Assembly: GCA_964609995.1 (NCBI GenBank)
Contig: CAZSTI010000002.1
Span: 1-54,676 of the forward strand
Source: an uncultured Muribaculaceae bacterium
GTDB lineage: Bacteria; Bacillota_I; Bacilli_A; RF39; UBA660
DNA: 54,676 nt
Direction of reading: 5' to 3'
Shown here: piece by piece, positions 32,670 through 43,540 of the stretch
Layout of the letters: each line of letters begins with the position of its first letter
Numbering within the stretch: the stretch's first letter is position 1
Program-made: the position numbers and the translations under genes
Notes under the pieces: model-generated
The model's input: only the letters and a program-made list of their open reading frames with translations
Databases searched by the model: none
Told to the model about the DNA's origin: nothing

Positions 32670-35102
32670 TTATTGTTCTTTAACATTGAATACTGATGAC
32701 ACCTTTTGATTTTCTTTTAGATTAATTAATCTTACCCCTTGAGTAACTCTACTCATTCTTGATATTTGATTAATTGGAATTCTAATTATCATTCCAAAAT
32801 CCGTTACTATCATTAAATCCTCGTCATCTTCAACCAATTTAAAGGCCACAATTTTTCCGGTTTTTTCAGTTGAATTGAGAGTTTTTACGCCTTTACTTCC
32901 TCTTTTGGTTATTCTGTATTCGTCAATTGAAGTTCTTTTTCCATATCCGTTTTCACTAACTACTAAGACTTCACTGTTGCTACAAGAAATGTTAGCATCA
33001 ATACATATTGATCCAGTTTCCAAATTTATGCCTCTAACACCAGTTGCATTTCTTCCCATAATCCTAATTTCTTTTTCATTGAATCTTACCATTTTGCCAT
33101 TTGAAGAAGCCATTACTACTTCTGAATTCCCATCAGTTTTTAATACTGATATTAATTTGTCATTTTCTTTTAAATTAATTGCAATTTTTCCGGTTTTTCT
33201 TATATTTTCGAAATCGGAAACATTACATCTTTTGACTAAACCATTTTTAGTTGCAAACAATAAAAACTTATTATTTTCTTCTTTTGTTATTTTTAAAATT
33301 GAGGTAATTTTTTCATCTTTTTCTAAAGGTAGTAAGTTTACAATTGGTAAACCTTTTGACTGCCTACTGTATTCAGGAACTTCATATCCTTTAATTCTAT
33401 AAATTAAACCTTTGTCAGAAAACAATAGTAAGAAGTTGTGAGTATTTAACATAATTAAGTTCTCAACAAAATCTTCTTCGTTTGTATTCATACCCTTGAT
33501 TCCTGTTCCACCTCTATTTTGTATTCTATATGTGTCTAATGGAAGTCTTTTTATATATCCATTATTAGTTAAAGTAACAATTATTTCTTCTTTTGTAATT
33601 AATTCTTCATCTTCAATGTTTTCGATTGAAGATGTGTCAATTATTGTTCTTCTATTATTAGAATACTTATCTTTTATTTCATTCATTTCGGTTTTAATTA
33701 TATTTAAGACCTTCTTAGGATCTTTAAGTATTTCTTCTAATTCGTTAATTAAATCTAATAATTGTCTTAATTCTTCTTCAATTTTTCCTCTTTCAAGACC
33801 AGTAAGCCTTCTTAATTTCATTTCTAAAATAGCTTCGGCTTGTATATCCGATAATCCAAATCTAGTCTTTAGTTCCTCTTTTGCCTTGTTATCATCTTTT
33901 GAGGCTTTTAATATTATTACAATCTCATCTATATTGTCTAAAGCTATTTTTAAGCCTTCTAAAATATGCTCTCTTGCCTTAGATTTTTCTAAATCAAATT
34001 GAGTTCTTCTTATAATTATGCTTTTTTGGTATTCTACATAATATTCTAGAATTTCTTTTAATCCTAATGTTCTTGGTCTACCATTTACTAACATTAATAA
34101 ATTAATTCCATAGTTTATTTGTAATGGTGTGTGTTTATATAAATTATTTAAAACAACATTAGCGTTTGCTTCTTTTTTTAAATCAATTGTTAATTTAATA
34201 CCTTCGAGAGTTGATTCATCGTGTAAGTCACTTATCCCATCTAATTGTTTGTTTCTTATTAATTCACCGATTTTTTTTGTTAAATCATTTGTTTTACTAA
34301 CTTGATACGGTACTTCTGTAATAATAATTTTACTTCTAGAATTTTCTTCTTCTACAATTGTTGCTTTTCCTCTTAAAGTAATTGAACCCCTTCCAGTTTC
34401 GTACGCTTTTTTTATTCCACTATTTCCGATAATGAACCCATAAGTTGGAAAATCTGGTCCTTTGATATATTGCATAAGTTCTAATACGGAAATATCGGGA
34501 TTATCAATGTATGCAACACATCCATCTATTACTTCTCCCAAATTATGAGGAGGTATATTTGTTGCCATTCCAACTGCAATACCCATATTTCCATTAATTA
34601 ATATATTCGGGAATCTAGATGGAAGTATTGTTGGTTCTTTTCTTTGCCCGTCGTAATTGTCGATAAAATCAACGGTGTTTTTGTTAATATCTCTTAATAA
34701 TTCCATAGATATTTTTGATAATCTAGCTTCTGTATAACGCGAAGCCGCAGGGCTATCACCATCACCAGATCCGAAGTTTCCGTGTCCGTCAACTAAAACA
34801 TGCCTATATGTAAAATCTTGAGCCATTCTGGCCATACTATCATATATTGCAGAATCACCATGTGGGTGATAATGACCCATTACTGCACCAACTGCATTAG
34901 CACTTTTTTGATGTTTTTTATCTGGAGTCATTCCTTCTTCATACATTGTATAAAGAATTCTTCTATGAACTGGTTTTAGACCATCTCTAACATCTGGAAT
35001 AGCTCTTGATACAATGACGCTCATTGAATAATCCAAAAATGAATTTTTTATTTCAGAAGATAAATTAATATCTTCTATTTTATCAATATTTTTCTCTTCC
35101 AT
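32670..35102 (-). CDS. gyrA: DNA gyrase subunit A
   Basis: [15 protein letters not shown], active-site [11 protein letters not shown]-terminal beta-pinwheel repeats. I chose the ATG at 35102 behind AAAGGAGA. Confidence 0.97.
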   Translation of the reverse strand: MEEKNIDKIEDINLSSEIKNSFLDYSMSVIVSRAIPDVRDGLKPVHRRILYTMYEEGMTPDKKHQKSANAVGAVMGHYHPHGDSAIYDSMARMAQDFTYRHVLVDGHGNFGSGDGDSPAASRYTEARLSKISMELLRDINKNTVDFIDNYDGQRKEPTILPSRFPNILINGNMGIAVGMATNIPPHNLGEVIDGCVAYIDNPDISVLELMQYIKGPDFPTYGFIIGNSGIKKAYETGRGSITLRGKATIVEEENSRSKIIITEVPYQVSKTNDLTKKIGELIRNKQLDGISDLHDESTLEGIKLTIDLKKEANANVVLNNLYKHTPLQINYGINLLMLVNGRPRTLGLKEILEYYVEYQKSIIIRRTQFDLEKSKAREHILEGLKIALDNIDEIVIILKASKDDNKAKEELKTRFGLSDIQAEAILEMKLRRLTGLERGKIEEELRQLLDLINELEEILKDPKKVLNIIKTEMNEIKDKYSNNRRTIIDTSSIENIEDEELITKEEIIVTLTNNGYIKRLPLDTYRIQNRGGTGIKGMNTNEEDFVENLIMLNTHNFLLLFSDKGLIYRIKGYEVPEYSRQSKGLPIVNLLPLEKDEKITSILKITKEENNKFLLFATKNGLVKRCNVSDFENIRKTGKIAINLKENDKLISVLKTDGNSEVVMASSNGKMVRFNEKEIRIMGRNATGVRGINLETGSICIDANISCSNSEVLVVSENGYGKRTSIDEYRITKRGSKGVKTLNSTEKTGKIVAFKLVEDDEDLMIVTDFGMIIRIPINQISRMSRVTQGVRLINLKENQKVSSVFNVKEQ

Positions 35103-35112
35103 ACGATCTCCT

Positions 35113-37038
35113 TTATACATCAAGATTTCTTACTTTTAAGGCATTTTCCTCTATGAATTGTCTACGAGGCTCAACTTCTTCACCCATTAATAATTGAAAT
35201 GTTTCGTCTGCAACAATAGCATCTTCAACAGTTAATCTAATCAAAGTTCTTGAATTTACACTCATTGTAGTCTCTCTCAATTCGATTGCATCCATTTCTC
35301 CAAGACCTTTCATTCTAACAATTTCAACTTTTGTGTTTTCGGATAAACTTGATAAATACTCATCTCTTTCCTTTTCGTTAAGTACATATTTTTGAGTTTT
35401 ACCATGAGATATTCGAAACAAAGGTGGTTGAGCAGCATAAACATGCCCTTTTTCTACCAACGGCTTAAAGTATCTATACAAAAAAGTCAATAATAGTGTT
35501 CTAATATGTGCTCCATCAACATCGGCATCTGTCATTATAATTATTTTATAATATCTTAATTTTGTATAATCGAATTCCTCCCCAATACCAGTTCCAAAAG
35601 CAGTAATTAAATTTCTTATTTCTTCATTTCCAAGTATTCTATCAAGTCTAGATTTTTCAACATTCAATATTTTTCCTCTTATTGGAATTACAGCTTGCGT
35701 CTTTGAATCTCTTCCTTGTTTTGCGGGGCCTTCAGCACTTCTTCCTTCTACAATAAATATTTCTGAAATAGTGGGGTCTTTACTAGAACAATCAGTTAGC
35801 TTTTCCCATTGATTAGAAATATCAAGAAGTCCTTTTCTTCTAGTCAATTCCCTAGCTTTTTTTGCGGCCATTCTTGCTCTTGCAGCAGAAAACACTTTAT
35901 CCATAATTTTTCTGGCTTCATCTGGGTTTTCAAGCAAATATCTTTCCAATCCTTTGGAAAATATGCTATCAGATATTTTTCTTACTTCTATGTTACCAAG
36001 TTTTGTTTTAGTTTGGCCTTCAAATTGCGGATTAGGATGTTTAACAGAAATAATCATTGTTAATCCTTCTCTTACATCTTCTCCAATTAATGCCTCATCG
36101 TTTTGTTTTAAATAACCATTGCTCTTTGCGTAATTATTAATTATTCTAGTTAGCGCTCTTTTAACACCTTCATCATGCGTTCCCCCCTCGTAAGTATTAA
36201 TATTATTTACAAATGAGTATATATTTTCAGTATATATATCAGTATATTGCATTGCAATATCAATTTTGGTATCTTCTTCAGATTCTTCAAAATATATAAT
36301 ATCTTTATGAATTGGTTCCTTATTTTTGTTTAACAAACTTACATATTCGGAGATACCTCCTTCATATATAAAAATTTCTTTTTTTCCATCTTCTCTTTCA
36401 TCAGACAAAATAAATCTAAGTCCTTTATTTAAAAAAGCCAATTCTCTAGTCCTGTTTTTTAATATTTCATAATCATACTCGGTTGTTTCTTCAAATATAG
36501 TAGGATCAGCTTTGAAACTAACGGTTGTTCCTGTTCTTTCAATATCGCATTCACCAATTACTTTTAAAGCATCTTCGGGTTTTCCTCCGTTTTTAAATCT
36601 TTGGAAATATATTTTTCCATTCTTATATACTGTTACTTCTAAATACAAGCTTAAAGCATTAACTACCGATGCTCCAACTCCGTGTAATCCACCAGATACT
36701 TTATAACCGCCTCCTCCAAACTTTCCTCCAGCATGAAGAACGGTATATACAGTTTCAACTGTAGATACTCCGGTTTTTGGATGTACGTCAATTGGAATTC
36801 CTCTTCCATCATCTTTTATTGTTATAACATTGTTTTTTTCGATTGTAATTTCAATATCATCACAATAACCTGCCAAAGCTTCGTCAACAGAATTGTCTAC
36901 AATTTCCCATACCAAATGATGTAATCCCTTAGATCCAGTAGTACCTATATACATACCCGGTCTTTTTCTTACAGCTTCCAAACCTTCTAATACTTGAATA
37001 TCAGATGAATCATAGTGCATATTGTTAGTGTTTTCCAT
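35113..37038 (-). CDS. gyrB: DNA gyrase subunit B
   Basis: [36 protein letters not shown]-like EGRSAEG Toprim, [10 protein letters not shown]-like [11 protein letters not shown]. Confidence 0.97.
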   Translation of the reverse strand: MENTNNMHYDSSDIQVLEGLEAVRKRPGMYIGTTGSKGLHHLVWEIVDNSVDEALAGYCDDIEITIEKNNVITIKDDGRGIPIDVHPKTGVSTVETVYTVLHAGGKFGGGGYKVSGGLHGVGASVVNALSLYLEVTVYKNGKIYFQRFKNGGKPEDALKVIGECDIERTGTTVSFKADPTIFEETTEYDYEILKNRTRELAFLNKGLRFILSDEREDGKKEIFIYEGGISEYVSLLNKNKEPIHKDIIYFEESEEDTKIDIAMQYTDIYTENIYSFVNNINTYEGGTHDEGVKRALTRIINNYAKSNGYLKQNDEALIGEDVREGLTMIISVKHPNPQFEGQTKTKLGNIEVRKISDSIFSKGLERYLLENPDEARKIMDKVFSAARARMAAKKARELTRRKGLLDISNQWEKLTDCSSKDPTISEIFIVEGRSAEGPAKQGRDSKTQAVIPIRGKILNVEKSRLDRILGNEEIRNLITAFGTGIGEEFDYTKLRYYKIIIMTDADVDGAHIRTLLLTFLYRYFKPLVEKGHVYAAQPPLFRISHGKTQKYVLNEKERDEYLSSLSENTKVEIVRMKGLGEMDAIELRETTMSVNSRTLIRLTVEDAIVADETFQLLMGEEVEPRRQFIEENALKVRNLDV

Positions 37039-37116
37039 ATATTTCTCCTTATCAATAAAAAATCGCCCTTTTTATGGCTATAATATGTTTTTGTGTAGGT
37101 TAATACATATATAACA

Positions 37117-37146
37117 ATTATACCACAAAATTAAGCGATTTTGCAA
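37117..37146 (-). promoter_or_regulatory. extended -10 promoter for gyrB-gyrA
   Basis: Minus strand TTGCAA (37141-37146), 18 nt ending in TGG, TATAAT (37117-37122). Confidence 0.55.
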
Positions 37147-37159
37147 TTCATATTACCTC

Positions 37160-38269
37160 TTATTGTTTTTTTATAATTTTTTGATTATTAACAAAATATA
37201 TATTTCCTTTTTTTATCAAACTTGCACTTATGTTATTGATTTCAGTAGTAGTAATAAAGGTTTGTATATCTTTTTTTATATACTTAAGCAGGTTGTTTTT
37301 TTTATTTTCATCTAATTCACTAAATATATCATCAAGTAGTAATATCGGATATTCTTTAGTAGTTTCTTTTATTATCTCAATTTCCCCTAACTTCATGCAA
37401 ATTACTATAATTCGTTGTTGTCCTTGAGAAGATTGCTCTTTTACTTCAATATTGTTAATGAAAAACGTTATATCATCTCTATGTGGTCCATAATAAGTCA
37501 TTCCAAGAAAGTTATCTCTTTTTATATTGTTTTTTAATTTATTGAATAGTATTTTTTCAATATTTTCTTGATTATAGTTATCTATTTCTATGTTTGTTTT
37601 ATATTTAATTACAAGTTCTCCTTTTCCAAAAATATTTTTGTATATTTTTTTTGAGTTTTCATTAATTCTATTTACAAATTGATTTCTTATAACAATAATT
37701 GAAGCTCCTTTTTTAGAAATCTGCTCATCAATAATTGAAATATAATTTAAATCTATATCCTTAAATAATTTGTTTTTTATATATTCGTTTCTATTTTTTA
37801 CAAGTAAATTATATTCGTTTAACAAAGTTAAATAGTTATTATTAATTTGACCTATTTCAATATTTAAATATTTTCTTCTAATTGATGGATTACCCTTTAT
37901 AAGTTCCAAATCATTTGGATAAAATATTATTACATTAAGTTTTGAAATATAATTACTTATTTTTTTTATTGTTTGATTATTAATTTTAACATTTTTACCT
38001 TTATAATTAAGTAATATTTCAAATTTGTTAATGTTATTCTTTGATTCAACAATTCCTTTTATTTTAGAAAACTGTTTATCGTTTTTTAGTAAGGATTTAT
38101 CCATACTTGTTCTATGAGATTTGGTGATAGCCAAAAAATATATACTTTCTAATACATTCGTTTTTCCTTCAGCATTATTTCCATAGAATATATTGACATT
38201 GTTTGAAAAAGACAAATGCAAACTATCATAATTTCTAAAATTTATTAATTCTAATTCTTTTAATATCAT
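37160..38269 (-). CDS. recF: DNA replication and repair protein RecF
   Basis: N-terminal Walker A GNNAEGKTNVLE, signature SQGQQR, Walker B ILLLDDIFSELD. Confidence 0.94.
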   Translation of the reverse strand: MILKELELINFRNYDSLHLSFSNNVNIFYGNNAEGKTNVLESIYFLAITKSHRTSMDKSLLKNDKQFSKIKGIVESKNNINKFEILLNYKGKNVKINNQTIKKISNYISKLNVIIFYPNDLELIKGNPSIRRKYLNIEIGQINNNYLTLLNEYNLLVKNRNEYIKNKLFKDIDLNYISIIDEQISKKGASIIVIRNQFVNRINENSKKIYKNIFGKGELVIKYKTNIEIDNYNQENIEKILFNKLKNNIKRDNFLGMTYYGPHRDDITFFINNIEVKEQSSQGQQRIIVICMKLGEIEIIKETTKEYPILLLDDIFSELDENKKNNLLKYIKKDIQTFITTTEINNISASLIKKGNIYFVNNQKIIKKQ

Positions 38270-38275
38270 ACAAAC

Positions 38276-39622
38276 CTATTTTCCTAAACAAAAATTATTA
38301 AAAATTTCATCAACTAGTTCTTCGTTATAATTCTTTCCTATTATTTCTCCCAAAAGCTTCCAAATTTCTAATATGTCTATTTCTAATATATCTACTGGCA
38401 TATTATTTATTAATCCTTTTTTTATTTCGGAAATATTTTCTAATGTTTTTTTAAGAGTTGAGATTTGCCTTGTGTTAAACAAATAATTTGGATCCTTTTT
38501 ATTTATATTTTCTATGTTAAACATTTCAATTAGTTTGTTTCTTAAAGGTTCAATGTTATTATTCAAGGCACTTATCTCTACTACGTTTCCTATTAATAAT
38601 TTTCTATCTAATTTGCTTTCTAAATCAATTTTATTTATTACTATTATTCTATTATTATCTTTTGTTAAATTTAATAACTTTATGTCTGCTTTTTGTATTT
38701 TTTTATTATTGTCAAATACTAAGATAACAACATCAGCTGTATCAATTAATTTAATCGATTTTGAAACACCAATTCTTTCTATTGTATTATTTGTTTCTCT
38801 TATTCCTGCGGTATCAATAATATTAAATAAAACAGACTCTATAACTATTGTTCCTTCAACAAAGTCTCTTGTAGTACCAGGTATGTTTGTTACTATTGCT
38901 TTTTCTTCACCTATAAGTTTATTTAATAGGCTGCTTTTTCCTACATTTGGTTTGCCTAATATGATTGTGTTGATTCCATCTTTTATTATTCTTGAATTTT
39001 CTGATTCTTTAATTATTTTATTTATTTCTTCTTCTAATATTATTATCTCTTTTTTTATTAATTTATTAGTTATTACCGTAATGTCTTCATATTCAGGATA
39101 ATCAATATTTGCTTCAATATTTGCAAGTATTTTTGATATTTTATTTCTTAAGTTTTCTATCATTAAAGTAACGTTTCCATTTAATCCATTAATTGCTAAT
39201 TTTCTAGCACTTTCACTTTTTGAATTTATAAGATCCATTATTGATTCTGCTTCAATTAAATCAATTCTTCCATTTAAAAAAGCTCTTTTTGTAAACTCTC
39301 CGGGTTCTGCTAACCTGGCTCCATTTTTAATTAATATTTCTAATATCTTTTTTGTAGTTGTAATTCCACCATGGCAATTAATTTCTACTATATCTTCTCT
39401 TGTATAAGTTTTAGGAGCTTTCATTACACTGACTAAAACTTCATCTATTGATATGTTGTTTTCTAATATATGACCATAATGTATTGTATGAGAATCAACT
39501 TTTGAAATATTTTTTGTAAATATATTATTTAAAATTTCGAAAGAATCTTTTCCACTCATTCTGATTATAGCTATTGCTCCAATACCAAGAGATGAAGATA
39601 TTCCTACAATTGTGTCTTCCAT
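38276..39622 (-). CDS. mnmE: tRNA modification GTPase MnmE
   Basis: G domain GKPNVGKSSLLN, DTAGIR, NKIDL; C-terminal FCLGK. The track start is a GTG inside the SD GGGTGAT, so I chose the ATG at 39622. Confidence 0.95.
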   Translation of the reverse strand: MEDTIVGISSSLGIGAIAIIRMSGKDSFEILNNIFTKNISKVDSHTIHYGHILENNISIDEVLVSVMKAPKTYTREDIVEINCHGGITTTKKILEILIKNGARLAEPGEFTKRAFLNGRIDLIEAESIMDLINSKSESARKLAINGLNGNVTLMIENLRNKISKILANIEANIDYPEYEDITVITNKLIKKEIIILEEEINKIIKESENSRIIKDGINTIILGKPNVGKSSLLNKLIGEEKAIVTNIPGTTRDFVEGTIVIESVLFNIIDTAGIRETNNTIERIGVSKSIKLIDTADVVILVFDNNKKIQKADIKLLNLTKDNNRIIVINKIDLESKLDRKLLIGNVVEISALNNNIEPLRNKLIEMFNIENINKKDPNYLFNTRQISTLKKTLENISEIKKGLINNMPVDILEIDILEIWKLLGEIIGKNYNEELVDEIFNNFCLGK

Positions 39623-39667
39623 AAATATCACCCAATCTAATTATAACAAAAAAAAAGAGATTAATCT

Positions 39668-40282
39668 CTATTCTTTTCTTTTAATAACAATATATCTTTC
39701 GGGTTCTTCTCCAATTGATTCGGTTGTAATACCATGGATGTTACCACAAATGTTGTGAACATTTCTTCTTTCATATGAATTCATTGGATCTAACGTTACA
39801 GGTATTCCGGTTTTTTTAACTTCATATGCAATATTTTTAATATTTCTCTCAATATTTATTTGTTGTTTCTCTCTATATTCTTCTATATCAATTATTATAT
39901 TAACTTTAAACCCAGTATGATTTTGAATAGAACTTCTTAAAATTGTTTGTAGAGAATCAAGGGTTTTTCCATTTTTACCAATAAGAATTGCATTATTGTT
40001 AGATATCAAATTTAATTTAATAAAATCTTCTCTTTTTTTTGCTTCTATTTTTATTTCTAATCCCATTTTTTGGACTATATCATTAATTAAATCTTTTGAA
40101 TATTCAATAATATCATCTTTTAATATTACTTCAATTTTTGCTTTTTTGGATTTAAATAATCCACCAGTTGTTTCTTCGCTTTCCTTAATTAAAATATCTT
40201 TTTCTGAAACTTCAAGTTCATATAACATCTTTTCTTTTGCAACATCAAGATTTTTTTCTAAATATTCATGTACTTTAATCAT
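39668..40282 (-). CDS. jag: RNA-binding protein Jag/KhpB (Jag_N, KH, R3H)
   Basis: KH GKNGKTLDSLQ and R3H ...YERRNVH... motifs; yidC-jag pairing. Confidence 0.9.
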   Translation of the reverse strand: MIKVHEYLEKNLDVAKEKMLYELEVSEKDILIKESEETTGGLFKSKKAKIEVILKDDIIEYSKDLINDIVQKMGLEIKIEAKKREDFIKLNLISNNNAILIGKNGKTLDSLQTILRSSIQNHTGFKVNIIIDIEEYREKQQINIERNIKNIAYEVKKTGIPVTLDPMNSYERRNVHNICGNIHGITTESIGEEPERYIVIKRKE

Positions 40283-41297
40283 TATTAACTCCTTTTTTTA
40301 CAACAATATTTTGTAATATCGTAAATATATTTGAAGATATCCAATAAATACTTATTGCACTAGCCATTGAAAACGACATAAATATTATCATTACAACAAA
40401 TACTGTATTCATTATATTCATTTGTTTTTGATTATCTAAATTTGATGGAGCTCCTTTGTTTAACTTAAATGATAAATATGTTATTACTCCAAGTAAAATC
40501 ACTATTATTATATACCACCAAGCACCTTTTTGAATAGCTATCAATGGTGTCATTCCTAATTTAAATCCAAGTAAGCTTCCTTCAAATATTGCTGGTGTTC
40601 TGTTAATTGCTTCTATAAATGCAAACAATAAAGGAATTTGTATAATTGCAAATAAGCAACTAGACATGGGATTAATTTTGTATTTTTTGTATATAGCCAT
40701 TGTCTCTTGACTTTTTTTCATAAGAGATTCTTGGTCACTTTTTCCTTCATATTTTTTTTCAACTTTTTTAATTTCTGGTTGAGCAATTTTAATGTTTTCT
40801 GATTGCAATGCAGTACTTTTTGTAACAGGTAATAAAATAATTCTTATTAAAATACTAATTATTACTAAAGATATACCATAGTTATTTAAAATGTTTCCCA
40901 ACTTTAATATTAACCATGCCAAAGGTTTAACAAAAAATGTATCCCATAAACCTTCATATTCTCCGCTAGATATTTTATATTCATCACATTCTTGTAATTT
41001 GTTTAAATCAACATTATTGTTTTCATAAATTTCCATTACATCTTTATTAGTAGGTTTACATAGAATATTTTCAGTCAAAGTTTGACCAGTTTCATTTTCT
41101 TTTGCAATATCGCATTTTTCTATACACTCTGTTAGACAATCATCTTTATTTTCTTCTTTTTCGCAAGAAAAATCACAAGTTTCACAAATATAACCCGCTT
41201 CGTATTTGATTGGTTTTTTATCTTTATCTACTAGTGTTTTTGAACACCCAGTAAATACTAATAACATCAATATTATAAGAATTATTTTTTTGTACAT
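40275..41297 (-). CDS. yidC: membrane protein insertase YidC (lipoprotein type) with Cys-rich N-terminal extension
   Basis: Lipobox LVFTGC, then an ~85-aa Cys-rich segment. After that comes the 60-kDa-IMP core: ISLVIISILIRIILLP, a basic loop, and PLLFAFI.... Confidence 0.9.
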   Translation of the reverse strand: MYKKIILIILMLLVFTGCSKTLVDKDKKPIKYEAGYICETCDFSCEKEENKDDCLTECIEKCDIAKENETGQTLTENILCKPTNKDVMEIYENNNVDLNKLQECDEYKISSGEYEGLWDTFFVKPLAWLILKLGNILNNYGISLVIISILIRIILLPVTKSTALQSENIKIAQPEIKKVEKKYEGKSDQESLMKKSQETMAIYKKYKINPMSSCLFAIIQIPLLFAFIEAINRTPAIFEGSLLGFKLGMTPLIAIQKGAWWYIIIVILLGVITYLSFKLNKGAPSNLDNQKQMNIMNTVFVVMIIFMSFSMASAISIYWISSNIFTILQNIVVKKGVNND

Positions 41298-41305
41298 ATT
41301 TTCTC

Positions 41306-41626
41306 CTATATTTTATTTAATAATATCATTAATTCACGTTCTTTTTCTTTATAATCTAAGTCAACAACTCTTTTTCTTAACATTATTATATAATCATATA
41401 TTTTAATTTTTTCTGTGTTATTATCTAAAATACTTTTTGTTTGTCTTTTTAATTTATTTCTAATAATTGCTTTTCCTATTTTCTTTGGAACAGAAATACC
41501 TATTCTGTATTTGTTTTCTTTGTTTAACATATAATATATATTATAGTATTTATTATTAATAAATAATCCGTTTTTTATTATGTTATCGAAGTCTTTATTA
41601 GATTTTACAATATTTATTTTTTTCAT
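41306..41626 (-). CDS. rnpA: ribonuclease P protein component
   Basis: 106 aa; KAIIRNKLKRQTK is the RNR motif; rpmH-rnpA order. Confidence 0.92.
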   Translation of the reverse strand: MKKINIVKSNKDFDNIIKNGLFINNKYYNIYYMLNKENKYRIGISVPKKIGKAIIRNKLKRQTKSILDNNTEKIKIYDYIIMLRKRVVDLDYKEKERELMILLNKI

Positions 41627-41669
41627 TGTATTTACCTTACTTCATAACAAAAAAACACATTGAGGTGTT

Positions 41670-41798
41670 TTATTTTGTCAATTTCTTTCTTTGTTTTTTT
41701 CTTCTAGAAGCTACCACTCCGGTATCGGCTTTTTTTCTTGCTAAAAAACCATGAGTTTTTTTCGCTTTTAACTTATTTGGTTGGTATGTCCTTTTCAT
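41670..41798 (-). CDS. rpmH: 50S ribosomal protein L34
   Basis: Not in the track (42 aa). My translation is [42 protein letters not shown]; SD CAGGAGGAA 6 nt upstream. Confidence 0.95.
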   Translation of the reverse strand: MKRTYQPNKLKAKKTHGFLARKKADTGVVASRRKKQRKKLTK

Positions 41799-41932
41799 TG
41801 TAATTCCTCCTGTCTTTAAATCAATATAATTATAATTGTAATAGCACCAAAAGTCAATTAAAATGTTATTAACATATTAACAGCTTATTTAATAAATATA
41901 ATTGGTTGTTAATAAGATTGTTATAGAAAATT

Positions 41933-41941
41933 TGTGGATAA
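41933..41941 (-). promoter_or_regulatory. DnaA box (perfect TTATCCACA)
   Basis: Plus strand reads TGTGGATAA. Confidence 0.8.
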
Positions 41942-41976
41942 CTACTGTTTTATTGTTTTAATGCTACGATAAAACA

Positions 41977-41985
41977 TGTGGATAA
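41977..41985 (-). promoter_or_regulatory. DnaA box (perfect TTATCCACA)
   Basis: Plus strand reads TGTGGATAA, 44 bp from the first box, same orientation. Confidence 0.8.
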
Positions 41986-42086
41986 GTATGTTAATATTTT
42001 GTTATTTACCTATTTTTGTTTAATTTTTAATAAAAATGATTTACAATAGTAGTGTAATTAAGAAAAATATCAAGGAGAATGGAATT

Positions 42087-43436
42087 ATGGATGAAAAAGA
42101 TCTGTGGATAAATTTTTTGAATTTAATTAAAGAAAAATTAGTTCCAATTGCTTTTGATGCATGGTTTAGTGAAACAAGACTTCATAAAGTTGAAAACAAA
42201 AAAATGTATATTATTGTTCCAATGAATTTACATAAAAAAAATTTGTCAGAGACTTATTATGATATTATAAAAGATAATATGAATAAGTTGACAGGGACTA
42301 ATTTTGAATTCGAATTTTTATTAGAAGAAGAAATTAATGATAAAAAAATAGATAAAGTTGAAGAAGGAGTTCCTTTTAATAATCCAATTCAGGCAAATCT
42401 AAATTCTAATTATACATTTGATACATTTGTAATTGGAGAAACAAATAGAATGGCTTTTACGGCATCTTTTGCAGTTGCTGAAAGACCTGGAAAAGCCTAC
42501 AATCCTTTGTTTTTATATGGAAGTAGTGGTTTAGGTAAAACCCATTTAATGCATGCAATAGGAAATTATATAGTTAGTGAAACCAATAAAAAAGTATTAT
42601 ATATAACAAGTGATAAATTTAAATCTGATTTTATATCTATAAATAAAAGAAAACATGATGAAAACAATATTGATAACGTAGAATCATTTAAAAATAAATA
42701 TAGAAATATTGATGTTCTTATTGTAGATGATATACAATTTTTAGCAGGTGCTACAGAAAGTCAAACAGAATTTTTTCATACCTTTAATGAATTACATCAA
42801 GAAGGTAAACAAATAATTATTTCATCTGATAGATCACCAGATGATTTAAAATTACTAGAAGAAAGATTAAGAACTAGATTTAATTGGGGATTAGCAGTAA
42901 ATATTTTTCCTCCAGATTATGAATTAAGAATTGAAATTTTAAAGAAAAAAATTAGTGCTCACGAAGTTGCTAAGCCTATTTCTGAAGATGTATTAATATT
43001 TATTGCTAACAATTGTACTTCTGATGTAAGAAAATTAGAAGGAGCATTAAATAGATTATTTGCGTATACTGTAATGTTTAATAAAGAAAAAATTGAAATT
43101 GATGTTGCAAAAGAAGCTTTAAGTGATTTTTTGAACTCAAACTCATATATTAAAAATAATATACAAAAAATACAAAAAATAGTATGTGATTATTATCAAA
43201 TTACTATAGAAGATATGAATTCAAAGAAAAGAAATAATAATTTTGTACTTCCTAGACAAGTTGCGATGTACTTAGCAAGAAATTTAACTGAAGAGAGTTT
43301 TCCAAGAATAGGAATTGAATTTGGAGGAAGAGATCACACAACAGTTATTCATGCATGTAATAAAATTGAAGAAGAAATAAAAAAAGATAAAGATTTTAAA
43401 AGTTCAATAGATCTGTTGAAAAAGAAACTTAAATAA
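42087..43436 (+). CDS. dnaA: chromosomal replication initiator protein DnaA
   Basis: AAA+ GSSGLGKTHLMHAIGN, DDIQFL, C-terminal DNA-binding GGRDHTTVIHA. I chose the ATG at 42087 behind AAGGAGAA over the track start at 42036. Confidence 0.96.
   Translation: MDEKDLWINFLNLIKEKLVPIAFDAWFSETRLHKVENKKMYIIVPMNLHKKNLSETYYDIIKDNMNKLTGTNFEFEFLLEEEINDKKIDKVEEGVPFNNPIQANLNSNYTFDTFVIGETNRMAFTASFAVAERPGKAYNPLFLYGSSGLGKTHLMHAIGNYIVSETNKKVLYITSDKFKSDFISINKRKHDENNIDNVESFKNKYRNIDVLIVDDIQFLAGATESQTEFFHTFNELHQEGKQIIISSDRSPDDLKLLEERLRTRFNWGLAVNIFPPDYELRIEILKKKISAHEVAKPISEDVLIFIANNCTSDVRKLEGALNRLFAYTVMFNKEKIEIDVAKEALSDFLNSNSYIKNNIQKIQKIVCDYYQITIEDMNSKKRNNNFVLPRQVAMYLARNLTEESFPRIGIEFGGRDHTTVIHACNKIEEEIKKDKDFKSSIDLLKKKLK
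42103..42111 (-). promoter_or_regulatory. DnaA box (perfect) inside the first codons of dnaA
   Basis: Plus strand reads TGTGGATAA, encoding LWI at codons 6-8. Confidence 0.6.
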
Positions 43437-43483
43437 TGTTAATAAATAATTTAAAAGATTATAATTAATAAGGTATAATTAAG

Positions 43484-43492
43484 TTATCAACA
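43484..43492 (+). promoter_or_regulatory. imperfect DnaA box in the dnaA-dnaN spacer
   Basis: TTATCAACA (1 mismatch) inside a 104-bp nearly pure A/T spacer, the position of the second oriC half and DUE in Bacillus-type origins. Confidence 0.35.
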
Positions 43493-43540
43493 ATATTAAC
43501 TATAATAATAAATATATAAAAAAAGAAAGGAATATTAATA

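Larger units (their letters stand above)
41799..42086. other. chromosomal replication origin region (oriC, rpmH-dnaA spacer)
   Basis: Divergent rpmH|dnaA junction, absolute switch of coding strand here, two perfect DnaA boxes, and AT-rich tracts at 41990-42040. Confidence 0.8.

Noticed and set aside
32875-34002. Two long plus-strand ORFs (175 and 168 aa) antisense within gyrA
   Set aside because: They lie fully inside a conserved gene on the opposite strand. Their S/F/L/I-rich composition is an artefact of the reverse complement of K/E/N-rich coding sequence.
41651-41669. Short hairpin AACAC-CTCAAT-GTGTT plus T-run between rpmH and rnpA as a terminator
   Set aside because: The stem is only 5 bp, and rpmH-rnpA are normally co-transcribed. 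At most it is a weak attenuator, so it is not listed as a feature.
42036-42086. Track start of dnaA at 42036 (MIYNSSVIKKNIKENGI...)
   Set aside because: The ATG at 42087 has a good SD (AAGGAGAA, 6-nt spacing) and gives a canonical DnaA N-terminus. The upstream extension lies in the AT-rich origin spacer.
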